A stretch of 63,367 nt of DNA, counting the filler, from Globobulimina sp. (lineage: Eukaryota): NCBI GenBank assembly GCA_003354225.1. It is 25 parts of 25 records of this genome, joined end to end, with 100 filler letters (N's around TTAATTAATTAA, not from the genome) between each part and the next. Parts side by side here need not be neighbours in the genome. Positions count along the whole stretch, not along the records: positions 48,248 to 50,684 come from PIVH01006690.1; positions 50,785 to 53,221 come from PIVH01006691.1; positions 53,322 to 55,758 come from PIVH01006692.1; positions 55,859 to 58,295 come from PIVH01006693.1; positions 58,396 to 60,831 come from PIVH01006694.1; 20 more parts are not named here. One strand, written 5' to 3'. The first letter of the stretch is position 1. Each line of letters starts with the position of its first letter. Under the pieces are notes generated by a model. It saw only the letters and a program-made list of their open reading frames with translations. It ran no database searches and was not told where the DNA came from. Positions 48,148 to 60,659 of this stretch are shown one piece after another. The position numbers and the translations under genes are program-made.

Positions 48148-48544
48148 NNNNNNNNNNNNNNNNNNNNNNNNNNNNNNNNNNNNNNNNNNNNTTAATTAAT
48201 TAANNNNNNNNNNNNNNNNNNNNNNNNNNNNNNNNNNNNNNNNNNNNAATTATGTGTGTTTTGTGGATCCTCGTCTTAGATAAGACTCTAAGCAAAAGGG
48301 AGGAGAAATTTTTTTGATTAAATTAAAATAAGTTAGTTTAGTACAACATATATATACTAAATAACTAAAAAAGGAACAAACAAACAATCTAACCCAATAT
48401 AAACATATTAACAGATTAAGTGATTGAATAAAAGTCAATCAATTAAAAAGAAATAAAAAATATCTCAAACAATCAAAAATAAAAAGTAAAATGTGAAAAA
48501 TAATAAAACAGTGATTTGTTTAAAATATTTAAATAATTAATAAT

Positions 48545-50684
48545 TTAGTTCATTAATATTATACTCGAGAGCTTCTTATTTATTTTATTGCAAATTGTAA
48601 TTTTTAATTTTAATAATCCTAAATTATCAACCAATTCATTTAAAATATCCCGAATATATTTATCATCATCGAATAAGCGATTGGTAATTTTCTTGAAATA
48701 AATGACTTTTTCTTCATTTTGAACTTTATGTTTCTTTGATAAAAACAATAATTCTCTCTCGTCAATAAAATCGAACGGCTCGTCCGAATTATGTATAAAT
48801 GTAATTATTAATTTTTCTTGTTTGAGTATGAATTTATTGTTAATGTTCTTTAAATAAACCAATCTGTTTTTATATATTAATTTGAATTATTCTTATTTTG
48901 GCTGAATGCCAGCCTCTTTCTCGTAATTTACATAATAAATTGTGATGTGACAATCTATGATCTAATTCTTCGTCGTTCAATACAATCGATCGGAAGGATT
49001 CCGATGAATAAACTCCTTGGAAATGATCCATTGAATTATTTGATGAGTTATCTAATAATGTATTCAATTTACCTTTTTTATAATGAATTGCTGTGGTAAT
49101 TTCTCCACTGATTTCATTTAATTTAATTGTTAGATCTAAATAAATCACATTGTATTTTACTTCACATTTTAAGATAATATTTGAATCAATATAATTAACG
49201 TCGTATCTTGAACCATTATCCTTTGCCAATGTCATTTTAATTAATTTAATGTCTTCAGCGTCCAAAACATATTTATTTAATTCAAATAATTCATACAAAT
49301 CATCGATATATCGGCGTTCGAGTAACACATTTATTGCATTGATTTTTGTGGTACTTAGTTTATTTTCAAATATTTTAAATAACCAAATTGTTTTTGTTTT
49401 GTATTCAATGAATAAAAGGCATATATTTGCAATGTTGGGTGAAATAATCCAACCGGTTGCAACAACTTCGTTTAATTTGACTAATTTACCATGAAAATGT
49501 ATGAAAGTTAACTTAAAAACCATATGAATGATATCAATCACACCATTTTGAAAAATATAATTTATTTTAATAAAATCCATCAACCACTGAACTGCGACAA
49601 CAATGTCAGATAAACCTAATGATTCATATAACTTTGATACGTCAGCCGCTCTTTGGATGATTTCATGATCCATAAATTTGTAATTCTCGTCAATGTGATT
49701 CAAATCATTTTTAAGTTGGTAAGACTTTTCTAAGATTATGTTATAATTTGTTTTATAGCGAAATATTGCGAGATATCCATTTAATTTTTTGTTTAAAATC
49801 TTTTGAAAGAAATTTGAAGGATGATTACCTAAACAAAGTACGGGGCGCCACGAAAATGGTAATCCTTTATGAATTTTGTGGAGTGCTCCAATTTTAGCAA
49901 TTTTTGGATATATTTTGTTATTTACACTGTCAAATAAGCCATTAACAAATGGCCAATATCCAGGCTCTAAGTCAATTTTCCATAAATAGTTATATTTTGA
50001 TTTGAAATCTGTATAAAAATCGAGCATTTTCGTCATTATAAATCTGGAAACTTCCCATTCTTCATTTGATAGCAAAATAAAGCTTTCGCCATCTAATAAT
50101 TTGTAGGTTTCTTCGTATAATGTCGATTTTGCCATAATTTCTAATCCCATATTTTTATCTAACTCAACGAATACGAGATTTTCTAATTTGAATTTCTCAA
50201 ATTGATATTTTGTGATTTGAGTGAAATTCATTTCTTTTAACAGTTTATTTTTGAATTTCCAATGATAATTTTGGATTTTCTTGAGATAAATATTTAATTT
50301 GCTATCAAATAATTTATATGCATACTGTTTAGTGTTTATATCAATTGGCATTGATTTACAATACATTGTTAATTGTCTTTTGATCGATTTTGATGAATTT
50401 TTAAATTGTTTGACGTAATTATTTATGTCAATGTCATCTAAAACGCAATTTTTGCCCATTTTTGATATACTTAATGCAAATTTTGGTGTTGAGAATGATT
50501 GAAAATTGAATAGATACTTTTGCGAATATGGAATAATCGAATGATACTTAAATGAGTTACTTTTGATACACAACAATTTATCTTCGTTACTGTTGTTGTT
50601 GTATACCAATTTATTGATTTGTCAAACTTTTAATTGACTGAATTTGAAATGGTCTTCGATCGAATGATCCTTCCAAACTGTTTT
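48545..50684 (-). mobile_element. Penelope-like retroelement reverse transcriptase, no C-terminal GIY-YIG
   Basis: DKNMG, LHKIHK..WRPV, ADVSKLY, VATG..ISPNIANI, RYIDD, YLDL and a PLE-type thumb T.IHYK....L..SSNN. A 1-nt shift near 48880 continues into ORF 48545..48862. Confidence 0.85.
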
Positions 50685-50784
50685 NNNNNNNNNNNNNNNN
50701 NNNNNNNNNNNNNNNNNNNNNNNNNNNNTTAATTAATTAANNNNNNNNNNNNNNNNNNNNNNNNNNNNNNNNNNNNNNNNNNNN

Positions 50785-53221
50785 ATAATGAATAATAAAT
50801 CAGTGGTAACACTGGGAAAATCAACCAAAGGAAAAGAGTGTGGGGATAATCTGTGTTTCTTCCGAGCCCTCAGTTATGTTCAGTCTGGCATGAAAGTCGA
50901 TTGTATTCAGTCTAATGCCAAGCAATTCATGGAATGTTACAGAAAGTTTGCCGATCTACCATTAACCTGGGATGGAAGTGTGGAGATGGATGAAATGCTA
51001 AAGCTTGAGCAATGTTTCAAGATCAGGATAAATATATTCCAACTGACAGTGTCAGCCAATCAATCGAATGGCGATAAAACACAAATGTTTGCTGAAATAG
51101 TGCGAATCAGTCCAAGAACCAACAAACAATCGCCAAATGGTACAATCAATTTGGATTTATGTGAAGTATCACCTAAACAGAATGGAAATGGAGATAATGC
51201 AGATACGGGAGAAGTTTGTGAACATCTTTCTGTCATTCGGGATTTGAATAACTACTGCAAAGTATGGAATTGCAATAGGTGCAACAGGCCATTCACACAG
51301 CGCTATGCTTGCATCAGACATGGAAAAATTTGTGCAGACAATTTGCATACAAGAGCCAGGTATTCTGGTGGAGCATATGGACTGGCGAAAACACTTTGGG
51401 AACGGATAATAGAGTTTGGATTTCATGTGCCAGACAAATATCGGTATTGTGAATACCACAGTTCTTTTGACTTTGAATGTATTTCCCCAAAGTTGAGTGA
51501 AGATGATGAGAGATGTGACAAAAATGGAAGCAAACTGCGTTTTGAACGTCAACTGGAATTGGTATCCTGTTCCGTCCATTCGAATTATCCTGGATTCGAT
51601 GAACCTGCTCATTTTCGACGCTACCCGATCACAACAGAATTAATGTTGATACAACAATTGCTGGATTATTTTGAAACTATCTCGGAAACACACCAGCAGT
51701 TGATGAGGAAGAAGTTGGATAATCTCTATACACAAATTCGAGAACGCATAGCACTCTATCAGCGATACATAGAAGAAGGGAACAATAAGAACTTGGAAGC
51801 TCACTCCAAGTACATGAAAGATAATTTAGAACGCATGATCAGTGAATTGGACTCGTATACAAAGTGTCCTGTCTTTTATGCATTCAATGGTTAGTGGAAA
51901 ATTATATATTTGTTTTGTTTCACAGTATATTTTCATTTTAGGAAGCCGGTTCGATTTCAAAGTAGCCAAACGCCACATTATTCCAGAAGTTATGCGAAGA
52001 AAATTGGAAATTAAGGGTGTAATAAAAAGAAATGGTGGCTATCAGATGTTTAAGACTGATTCATACATGATCAAAGATGCAGCATCCTTAATGCCCCAGG
52101 GTGTTAGCCTTCGGGGATTTCTGGAATCTCAGAAAGTTTCCAGCAGCAAATCTCATTGGCCTCATGATTGGTGCACAAGCATGGATAAACTTGATCAAAC
52201 AGAACTACCTCCAATTGCCGCATTTGCAGATGGATTAAGTGGTGGCAGAATCTCAGTCACAGAAGAAGAGTACCAACACTTGGTCTCTGTGTTTAAACAA
52301 ATGCCACCAGATCGTAACTTATGGACTCTGCTGAAATACTACAATGATTTGTTAGTAACATTCATTTATTGCAAAATGTGATATTCATTTGAACTTTCAG
52401 GGATGTTCTTGGATTGGTCGAAGCAATAGAATGCTTGAGATTATTTTGGAAACAACATGGAGTATGCATTATTCAAGATGTTCTCAGCTTGAGCGGGTTA
52501 TCTGCAAAACTGCTCCAAAAGGATGTCAAAAAACGAAATTTACTTTGGTTACCAGATAAAGACAATGCCTTTGTATGGAATCTAGCACATAAAGCTGTGA
52601 TTGGGGGTAAGCATCCATACCATACCACATTGGATAAATTTAGTATTGTTGCATGCATATAATCGTTTTAGGTCCAAGTATAGTATGGAACCGATATTGT
52701 GAGAGAAACAAAACCAAAATAAGAAACGATCAGAATGGGAAGACATGCATGTCTGTAATAGGTCTTGATCAGTGTCAGCTATATCTGCACTCCATTGGAC
52801 AAGAAATGCCAACTGGTAAGCAAATTTTGATTTGTTTGTGTGTATATATGTAGAATGTTTATTGTTTCAGGCATACCTGTTCATTGGAAATATAATCAAA
52901 AGCGTGAGAAATTTTTTCACAAGAGATTGATGCCAAAAGGAAGTTCATTCAAGGAAGTCCAGTATGTGATGTGGCGGGCACATGAACTTCAAGTGGAAGA
53001 CAGGATGCGTCACAGATTCAATTACGGGCAAACAAGACTGACGAACGGAAACAGCAAAAAACACAAATCTGCCTTTACAGTCGGATTCCGACCGGATGGG
53101 TTACTTATGAAAGAAAGAAGGGTAAACCAAACTTGTCTTGCATTGATAAGGTAGTATATAAATAAACTGTGGTTTCTTATTAGGTTTTCAACTTTCATGG
53201 GTGCAAATGGCATTACCATGA
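50785..53221 (+). mobile_element. Protein-primed family B DNA polymerase (Polinton/adintovirus type) with five spliceosomal introns, partial at both ends
   Basis: DNLCFFRAL, C2H2-like finger, ExoI FDFEC, ExoII FN|GSRFD, KSHWPHDW, ExoIII YYND|LDV, SLSGLS, IG|GPSIV, motif A GLDQCQLY..EMPT|G, and a Vsr-like insert RPDG..|VFNFHGCKWH. Confidence 0.9.
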
Positions 53222-53490
53222 NNNNNNNNNNNNNNNNNNNNNNNNNNNNNNNNNNNNNNNNNNNNTTAATTAATTAANNNNNNNNNNNNNNNNNNNNNNN
53301 NNNNNNNNNNNNNNNNNNNNNAATATCGCATGTATTAATGGATTCGATTCCTAATAACGATGGCGATATATACTGTGGATGAGTATTAATTATATTCTGT
53401 ATTGGTGGAATGTCCTGAGTATCGTGCAAATGTACATTCAATTCTGGAGATGTACATTCCTCCTCGAATGGATTTATAATTTTGTTGTTA

Positions 53491-54875
53491 TTATGGGAAG
53501 TCTGAGTCGTGCAGCGCACGCTGATTAATATCATTCATGGACTCCACGTTATTGCACATTGTATTATATAATTCTAATTCTGCAGCATCAATATGATTAT
53601 TATTATTGATGGAATCTCGCAGTTTATTGATTGTTGATTTAATTCGGTCATTACGATCCAATAAATTCAATTCGTGTTTTTGATTTTTGGAATCGTTTTT
53701 ATTGGTCCTCTGTTTGGTGAAAAATTGCTTTTTATTTTTATTACGATTAAATCCGTTATTTTTCTTATCATCAATAAATGTACCATCTGAATAATATGAT
53801 GCTCCGCAGTCCTCTATTACATGGTTACTGCGCTCACAACGCGTACAGAATAAACCACTATTTTTATTAAGGTTCGTTCCATCTTTGTGCCAATTTGCAT
53901 AACAGTCTCTCTGTCTATGTCCTAATTTACCACAGCGATAACATGTAATATTATAATTATCATTATTCAAACGCTGTCGTTTCGGATTTGGACCATTATT
54001 TGTGGGAAATCGAGGTCTTTTTGGTCGGCGTGTGAATGGTTTATATGGTTTATTTGGTTTATTTGGTTTTGGTTTTGGTTTGTATGGTTTGCTTGGTTCG
54101 GATGATGTTCGTTTATATATTTCAAAATCCGATGGCGATGCTTTATAACTGGTATATTCGTATGATGCCATACCATCATACATTGGCGAAATTAATTCAT
54201 TTTTAATTTTTCCAAACAATGCATCCCAATTCGCCATATTTACTGGATTAGCTTTTGCAATATAATTACGAGTTAATTTATTTATTAAACCTTCGTTTTT
54301 GTATTTTTTGGCAAAATTCTTCTAATAAATATGCCTTTTAACGCATCCATCTGCACTTCTTGTGATATATTTTTTATTTTATTTTTCTTGCTGCGTCCTT
54401 TGTTAATTAATTTAATACTTTTTACTATCTTTTTTAATTTGGTTTTGTATCTTTGATAGACCATCATTGGGTTTTCATTATGACGTTGGAGATCGGACTT
54501 TAATTTTTGAATAAATTCGTATTTTAATGGCGGAGGTGGATATTTATCCAACATCCATTTGAATAAATTTCTGACGGTCTCGGTCGATGGTTTGACGACT
54601 TTTTCACCATTGCTATTATTATTATTTTCATCATCTTCTGATGAACTGCTGTCATTGCTGTATTCCAACATAAATAACGTTTGTATTTCGGTGCTCAATG
54701 AATTAAATATTCTCGAAAAGCACACATTTTCGTCTCTAAAACAATTTATTTTTAAAAATAACTTTGCACCAAATATATATTTTAAAGTGTCCCGTGGATT
54801 ACCGGAGAAATGCATGGTAAACATTTCCGGATTGGATAACTCTAACATGCGCGATGCAATTGTTGCTTGGGTCAT
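53491..54875 (-). CDS. gag: Gag polyprotein (1-nt frameshift near 54320)
   Basis: FSGNP and LQRHNENP capsid-like motifs; CYRCGKLGHRQRDC and CTRCERSNHVIEDC. The alternate frame NFAKKYKNEG..PVNM bridges the two ORFs. Confidence 0.8.
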
Positions 54876-54932
54876 TATGATATCTATTTATTTGGATATC
54901 AACGTTTGTTAAGCTATTATATTAACAAATGA

Positions 54933-55100
54933 TTATTATGCATTTAAGCAGTGAACAAAAGATAGTTATTATGCTTTATAAAGCAGTGAAAAGAAGATAT
55001 TTATTATACTTCGAATGAAGCAGTGAACGTGTTTGTTTATTATGCTTCGAATGAAGCAGTGAACGATTTTATTTATTATGCTTCGAATGAAGCAGTGAAC
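54933..55100. repeat. Five 33-36-bp tandem units in the retrotransposon 5' UTR
   Basis: Core ttattatgcttcgaatgaagcagtgaac, with variants, at 54933, 54966, 55001, 55037 and 55073. Confidence 0.9.
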
Positions 55101-55475
55101 GATTTTATTAAAGCTCCATGCAATCAATTCAGTATAACAATATGTAATATATATTAATTAATCTATCGATTAATATCTAATCTGTACATATGAATATTTG
55201 TACGTATTAATATCTGTACGTATTATTGTTATAATACAGATTATAAATATATATATATTGTAATCTGACATATTGAATGATTGCTTAATTTGGATTATTT
55301 TAAAGATGTGAAAAGGGCCCTTTTTAATAAATAAAATATTATATTTACCTATTTATTAATTAATGTTTAAAATAATTAATTTGTTTTATTTGATTTCTTG
55401 ATTCGTTTGTTTGTTTTGAAATGCTTTCTTGATCTCGCTCTCTTTAAAAGAAAACTGAAACTATAAAAGGTAATG

Positions 55476-55490
55476 CGGTCACACCCTCCA
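55476..55490 (-). promoter_or_regulatory. Primer-binding site (tRNA 3'-end complement)
   Basis: TGGAGGGTGTGACCG directly after the LTR end ..ATAACA-AT; complement CGGTCACACCCTCCA. Confidence 0.75.
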
Positions 55491-55492
55491 AT

Positions 55493-55737
55493 TGTTATCT
55501 TTCGTCTGTCGGTTCTTAGTAATGTAAGGTTCAAGTAAGGTAAATTAAATTAGACAATGAAAAACTCTTCAAGTAAAACACTGGTAGTTATTACAATGTC
55601 ACAATCGCCTCTTTCAAGACACAGTCTTTATCAATATCTCCATTTACATGGTATACTGACGTCATTGATCATTGATTGATTTATTATTATTATTTAATTG
55701 TGTATGTTCAGTGCTATGTCATTACATAGATATAACA
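55493..55737 (-). repeat. 5' LTR (245 bp)
   Basis: TG...CA ends with a perfect 6-bp terminal inverted repeat, adjacent to the PBS; the second LTR is not in the contig. Confidence 0.7.
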
Positions 55738-56135
55738 TTCTTTGGAATTTTAATAATTNNNNNNNNNNNNNNNNNNNNNNNNNNNNNNNNNNNNNNNNNN
55801 NNTTAATTAATTAANNNNNNNNNNNNNNNNNNNNNNNNNNNNNNNNNNNNNNNNNNNNATATGAAGTGCCAAAATAGCCATAGTCACATGTAATATTTGA
55901 GGTTTGTGAGAATGTAATTTGTAATAACCATATATATGCTAACCCTGACAACCGACTAAAACACCATGACATTGTGCTTAGATGACTAAGGCTTAGAGTA
56001 AAAACAGCAGTTGCCAGTGATCTGGATTAATAAACAAAATAATAATATAAACACTTTTTGACATAAAATATTAATATAAATCAAAACATTTACAATAAAT
56101 TACATGCAAAAATGAGTGAAGAAAGAGGTATATAT

Positions 56136-57638
56136 TCATCTAGAAAATCTATAATATGAATGGGTTAACAATTTCGTGAGTTCAACAGTGATATCATGAT
56201 ATAATTCAAACAATTCTCGTGAAGTCATGCTGTTGTTAATAAAATAATTAATATTTACCAAAAACGAATCTAAACTCATTTTTTGTTCATAAGATATATT
56301 TATTTGCAATTCACTTCCTAATACAACATATTTTGTATATAAAATATATAATTTAATCTTAAATTCAATCATTTTAGTTTTTTTTCCCGCAATTTGTATA
56401 TTATATTCATCCATCAACTCCTGAATGAATTTATGATGTACAATGTATGATTTTGGTATGATTTCATTTTGTAATAAACTTTCTTGCGCTGCTAATAATT
56501 TCATATCAATATCATTTGCATATTTTTTGATCATATTTTGAATCTGCGTAATTTCAATCAATGCTAACAAAAGTTCCATGCTCCATTCCTTTGCTAAATG
56601 ATCCATAAATAATTCAAAAGAATTTTCTTCTTTTAATATAGTTTCCATTGCAACCATTGATGATTGACTGTTACTTGGACTTCTCGAAGAATTATTACTT
56701 AAATCACCTAATTCGAGAGCGCTCTGCGATTGATGTTTTTGATATGCACTCAATTTATTTCCATCATTATTAAAATGAGTATCAACAATGTGTATGACCC
56801 ACCATATTTGAATCATAATGGATATACTTTGCATTGTTGCAGCCATAATAGCCACCATTAACCCGCGAAAATACACAGAAACACCAAAAGATGGCGAAGC
56901 TCCAATAATTAAGTATAAAACTGTGCCGATTAACATATTTATGGTAATATATTTAAATTCTTTGATGATATAAAATTTATCTTCAAATTTGCGCATTTTC
57001 ACAAACAAAATGACCGGGAATATCATTGGGAACAGGATTAAAAAAAAAGATATTACGGTCCATAAAATAAATCCTTTGTTTGGAAAGACAATCTCAGAAA
57101 AAATATTGATGGATATTGTAATAACTAAAAATATGACCAATCTTAACAACATCCATCTGACGTTGCCATATTTTGATTTGTTCTTTAAATACCAATTCGT
57201 TTTTACTTGGTTATGATTTAAATGTATTTTCCATTTGCTGTCTAATGTATTTTTCGTCCATTTTACTTTATAATGAATCAACCAATAACGTAACAATAAT
57301 AACCAGGGAGCAGGGATCGTTACTAAATCACCTAATACTTCTTGGACATAATAAATAACCAATGTGGAGGTTGGAATACCTTTGGAATCGATACTTATTG
57401 TCACTGCATTCAGTGTATACCGCAATAAATATAATGGTCGTTCGACAGAAACCATGATAATACCAAATATTGCGATTGCAATTGCTAACTTTGAGTATCT
57501 TTTATGTATCGCAATATTCTCTTTAATTTTGCTGTATGTTACGAATTTATATGTGCAATAACATAAAACAGGGGTGAAAAAAAACCAACAAATACATCCA
57601 AAAACACTCCATATAATCCATTTATCCGTTGCCATCAT
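56136..57638 (-). CDS. 7TM-RGS protein (AtRGS1-like architecture)
   Basis: Seven TM segments, then an RGS box IL....FELFMDHLAKEWSMELL..., YTKYV..GSELQINIS, LL..SYYRF. Confidence 0.9.
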   Translation of the reverse strand: MMATDKWIIWSVFGCICWFFFTPVLCYCTYKFVTYSKIKENIAIHKRYSKLAIAIAIFGIIMVSVERPLYLLRYTLNAVTISIDSKGIPTSTLVIYYVQEVLGDLVTIPAPWLLLLRYWLIHYKVKWTKNTLDSKWKIHLNHNQVKTNWYLKNKSKYGNVRWMLLRLVIFLVITISINIFSEIVFPNKGFILWTVISFFLILFPMIFPVILFVKMRKFEDKFYIIKEFKYITINMLIGTVLYLIIGASPSFGVSVYFRGLMVAIMAATMQSISIMIQIWWVIHIVDTHFNNDGNKLSAYQKHQSQSALELGDLSNNSSRSPSNSQSSMVAMETILKEENSFELFMDHLAKEWSMELLLALIEITQIQNMIKKYANDIDMKLLAAQESLLQNEIIPKSYIVHHKFIQELMDEYNIQIAGKKTKMIEFKIKLYILYTKYVVLGSELQINISYEQKMSLDSFLVNINYFINNSMTSRELFELYHDITVELTKLLTHSYYRFSR

Positions 57639-57870
57639 TTCTTACTAGCTCATAAAAAAGTAGCTGAAAGTTTTTCAAAACACTAAGAAATCTATCCACA
57701 ACGGCATAAAAATGTATACAACTTGTTTCCCTGCGTCGGTTATGGGATGTCGATCGTTAAATTATTATATTCAATTGTTTTACAAACCGTTAAACTACAA
57801 ACGGTTTTATATATGATCATAATGTATTATGTATAATTCAAAAGCTTCGATCTGTACAAGTGTAACATAT

Positions 57871-58295
57871 TCAATTTAATTTGCATATGATAAGCGATAC
57901 ATCATCAATACTTTCCCAACCTTTACGATGTTTCGCCTCATCTAACCATTCCACAAACGAATGGAATCTGACTTTATTTTCTTCATTCAATTGTTCAATC
58001 CGTGCCATAATATTTGAATACGAAAATTGCTGTTTCACTATGTCAAACACCGTATTTTCATACGGAAATAATAACTCCTCCATCACCTCAAATCTCCGCA
58101 AATCATCAACATTAAAAACGCATATTTTAACCAAGCGTCCAATGTTTTTTATATCACAATTAAAATGATTATAAATTTGATCAAATTGTTGTTTATGAGA
58201 CGCATTGTCGCAAAACTCATCCAATTGCATATAAAACCGTCCAATATGTTCATCCAACCCATGATTCAAAGTACCATTGACTGCAAAACCTACCA
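57871..58295 (-). CDS. Hypothetical protein, 5' partial
   Basis: Open frame running to the contig edge. Confidence 0.4.
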
Positions 58296-58395
58296 NNNNN
58301 NNNNNNNNNNNNNNNNNNNNNNNNNNNNNNNNNNNNNNNTTAATTAATTAANNNNNNNNNNNNNNNNNNNNNNNNNNNNNNNNNNNNNNNNNNNN

Positions 58396-60659
58396 CGCGC
58401 CAAGTCGCATGGCAAGATTCGTTAAAAAACAGCGACAGATTCTGGGGCAATTTTGCCAAAAAAAACATTGATTGGAGCGCCCCTTTTGATACAGTGCAAG
58501 CCGGGACCTTTGAAAAGGGCGACATTGCCTGGTTTTTAAATGGAAAATTAAATGTGTGCTTCAATTGTGTGGACCGATGGGTCAAATATAAGCCGGACGC
58601 CACTGCCATTATTTGGGAAGGCAACGATCCCACAGATACCCAACGTATCACTTACAAGGAATTGCAGGAAGAGGTATGACGTATTAATATGCACAAACAT
58701 ATGTTTATAAACTGCGAATTGCCGTGAATCCAACATATTATTTCACAAAAAGGTGTGTAAGATAGCAAATGTATTACGCCGCTATGGAGTGCGTCGTGGC
58801 GACGTAGTGGTCATTTATATGCCGATGATACCGCAGGCCGCCTATGCCATGTTAGCCTGTGCCCGGATTGGCGCTCCGCACAGTGTCATATTTGGTGGAT
58901 TTGGTCGCGATGCAATCCGGGACCGCATATTGGACGCCAATGCCCGATTTGTCATCACTGCGAATGAAGGATTGCGCGGCAAAAAGGCTGTCCCCTTAAA
59001 GCAAACCGTCGATCAAGGTTTAAAAGAATGTCCTGATGTCGAGGTCAGTGCTTCTCTTCCTTTTCCTGCATTTTTTCATGTACAAAACACGTTTTTTCTG
59101 TCATATCAAAGCGTTTCTGACCTAAAAAAACGTTTTTGTTTCGGTTTATACTGACGTTTTTGTGTAAAAACGACTCAGAATACCTTTGAATGCATGATCT
59201 ATTTCAGGCTGTTTTTGTATGGATGCGAACCGACACAAAAGTGCCTATGTTGGCGGGTCGGGACCACATTTTGAACGAATTAGTAGCTCGAGAACGACCC
59301 TATGCGCCTTGCGAGGTGATGGACAGTGAGGACACCTTATTCTTATTGTACACCTCCGGCAGTACAGGCCGGCCCAAAGGCGTCTTGCATACCAATGCGG
59401 GCTATTTGGTGTACACTATGGCCACTCATCGCTATGTCTTCGACATCCAACCCGGCGATGTGTACGCCTGCGTAGCCGACATCGGATGGATCACCGGCCA
59501 TTCCTACATCGTCTATGGGCCATTGGCCAACGGTTCGACCACATTCATGTTCGAGTCAGTGCCCACGTATCCCGATGCGGGCCGGTATTGGGACATGGTG
59601 CAGCGGCATAAAATCAGTGTGTTTTACACGGCACCCACCGCCATTCGCGCCTTGATGAAGTTTGGCGACCAATATGTGACGAAATACGACCGGTCCTCCC
59701 TCAAAGTCTTAGGCAGTGTGGGCGAGCCCATCAATCCCGAGCCGTGGTTGTGGTATTATCGCGTCGTAGGAAACTCGCAATGTCCCATTGTCGATACGTA
59801 TTGGCAGACGGAAACGGGCGGCATTGTACTCACTCCCTTTCCCGGGGCCACCGAGTTGAAACCTGGGAGTACCACCTTCCCTTTTTTTGGTATTCAGCCG
59901 GCGTTGTTGGACAAGCAAACTGGACAAGAAATTGAGCCGTTTGCCGAGAATACTGAGGATGATAAGGATAAACAGAACGAAAATGAAACGGAGACTAAGG
60001 ATGGAGACGAAGAAGAAAAGAAGATGCAATCCGGCATTTTGGTGATTAAACGGCCGTGGCCAGGTAGGTTCTAATTATTTTTTTTTTATGTTCTGCGCTT
60101 TTTATGAAACACAGGGATCGCGCGGACGGTGTATGGCGATCACGAGCGATATTTAGAAACGTATATGAAACATTATCCTGGTTATTTTGAGACCGGTGAT
60201 GGCGCGAAACGAGATTCCGATGGATATTATTGGATAACGGGGCGAGTGGACGATGTGATTACTGTAAGTGGGCATAGAATAGGAAGTGGCGAGATTGAGA
60301 ATGTGGTGGTGGAACATCCAGACATTGCAGAAGCAGCGGTCGTTGCCATACCGCATGATATCAAATATCAAGCAATATTTGTATATGCCATAGCAACGGA
60401 AAAGGCGGAGATAAACAATGAGTTAAAACTTGCAATCCGGGAAAATATTCGTGAGAAATTAGGTAAAATTTTTACGCCGGAATATATATTGGTTGTTAAA
60501 GCTGTGCCAAAAACGAGAAGTGGCAAAATCATGAGACGGATTTTAAGGAAGGTGGCCTGTAAAGATTTTAGCAATTTGGGTGATGTGACGACGTTGGCAA
60601 ATCCGGATGTTGTTCAGCAATTAATTGATGAAAGAAAAGCATTGCCACAAAAGAATTAA
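58396..60659 (+). CDS. acs: Acetyl-CoA synthetase (AMP-forming), 5' partial
   Basis: [45 protein letters not shown]. Introns 58674-58752, 59044-59207 and 60064-60114 are all in frame. Confidence 0.97.

Larger units (their letters stand above)
53322..55737 (-). mobile_element. LTR retrotransposon 5' portion (LTR, PBS, UTR repeats, gag)
   Basis: LTR TGTTAT...ATAACA, PBS two nt downstream, and gag with two CCHC knuckles. Confidence 0.85.

Noticed and set aside
48255-48310. Hammerhead ribozyme downstream of the Penelope-like RT
   Set aside because: No intact CTGANGA...GAAA core is seen on the element strand.
54933-55100. CRISPR-like array
   Set aside because: Inter-repeat segments are only about 8 nt, there are no cas genes, and it lies in an LTR element 5' UTR.
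48248-55758. RT + pPolB + gag as one composite element
   Set aside because: They are three separate contigs, adjacent only because of length sorting.
58396-60659. Bacterial contaminant acs
   Set aside because: Three in-frame GT-AG introns show it is eukaryotic.
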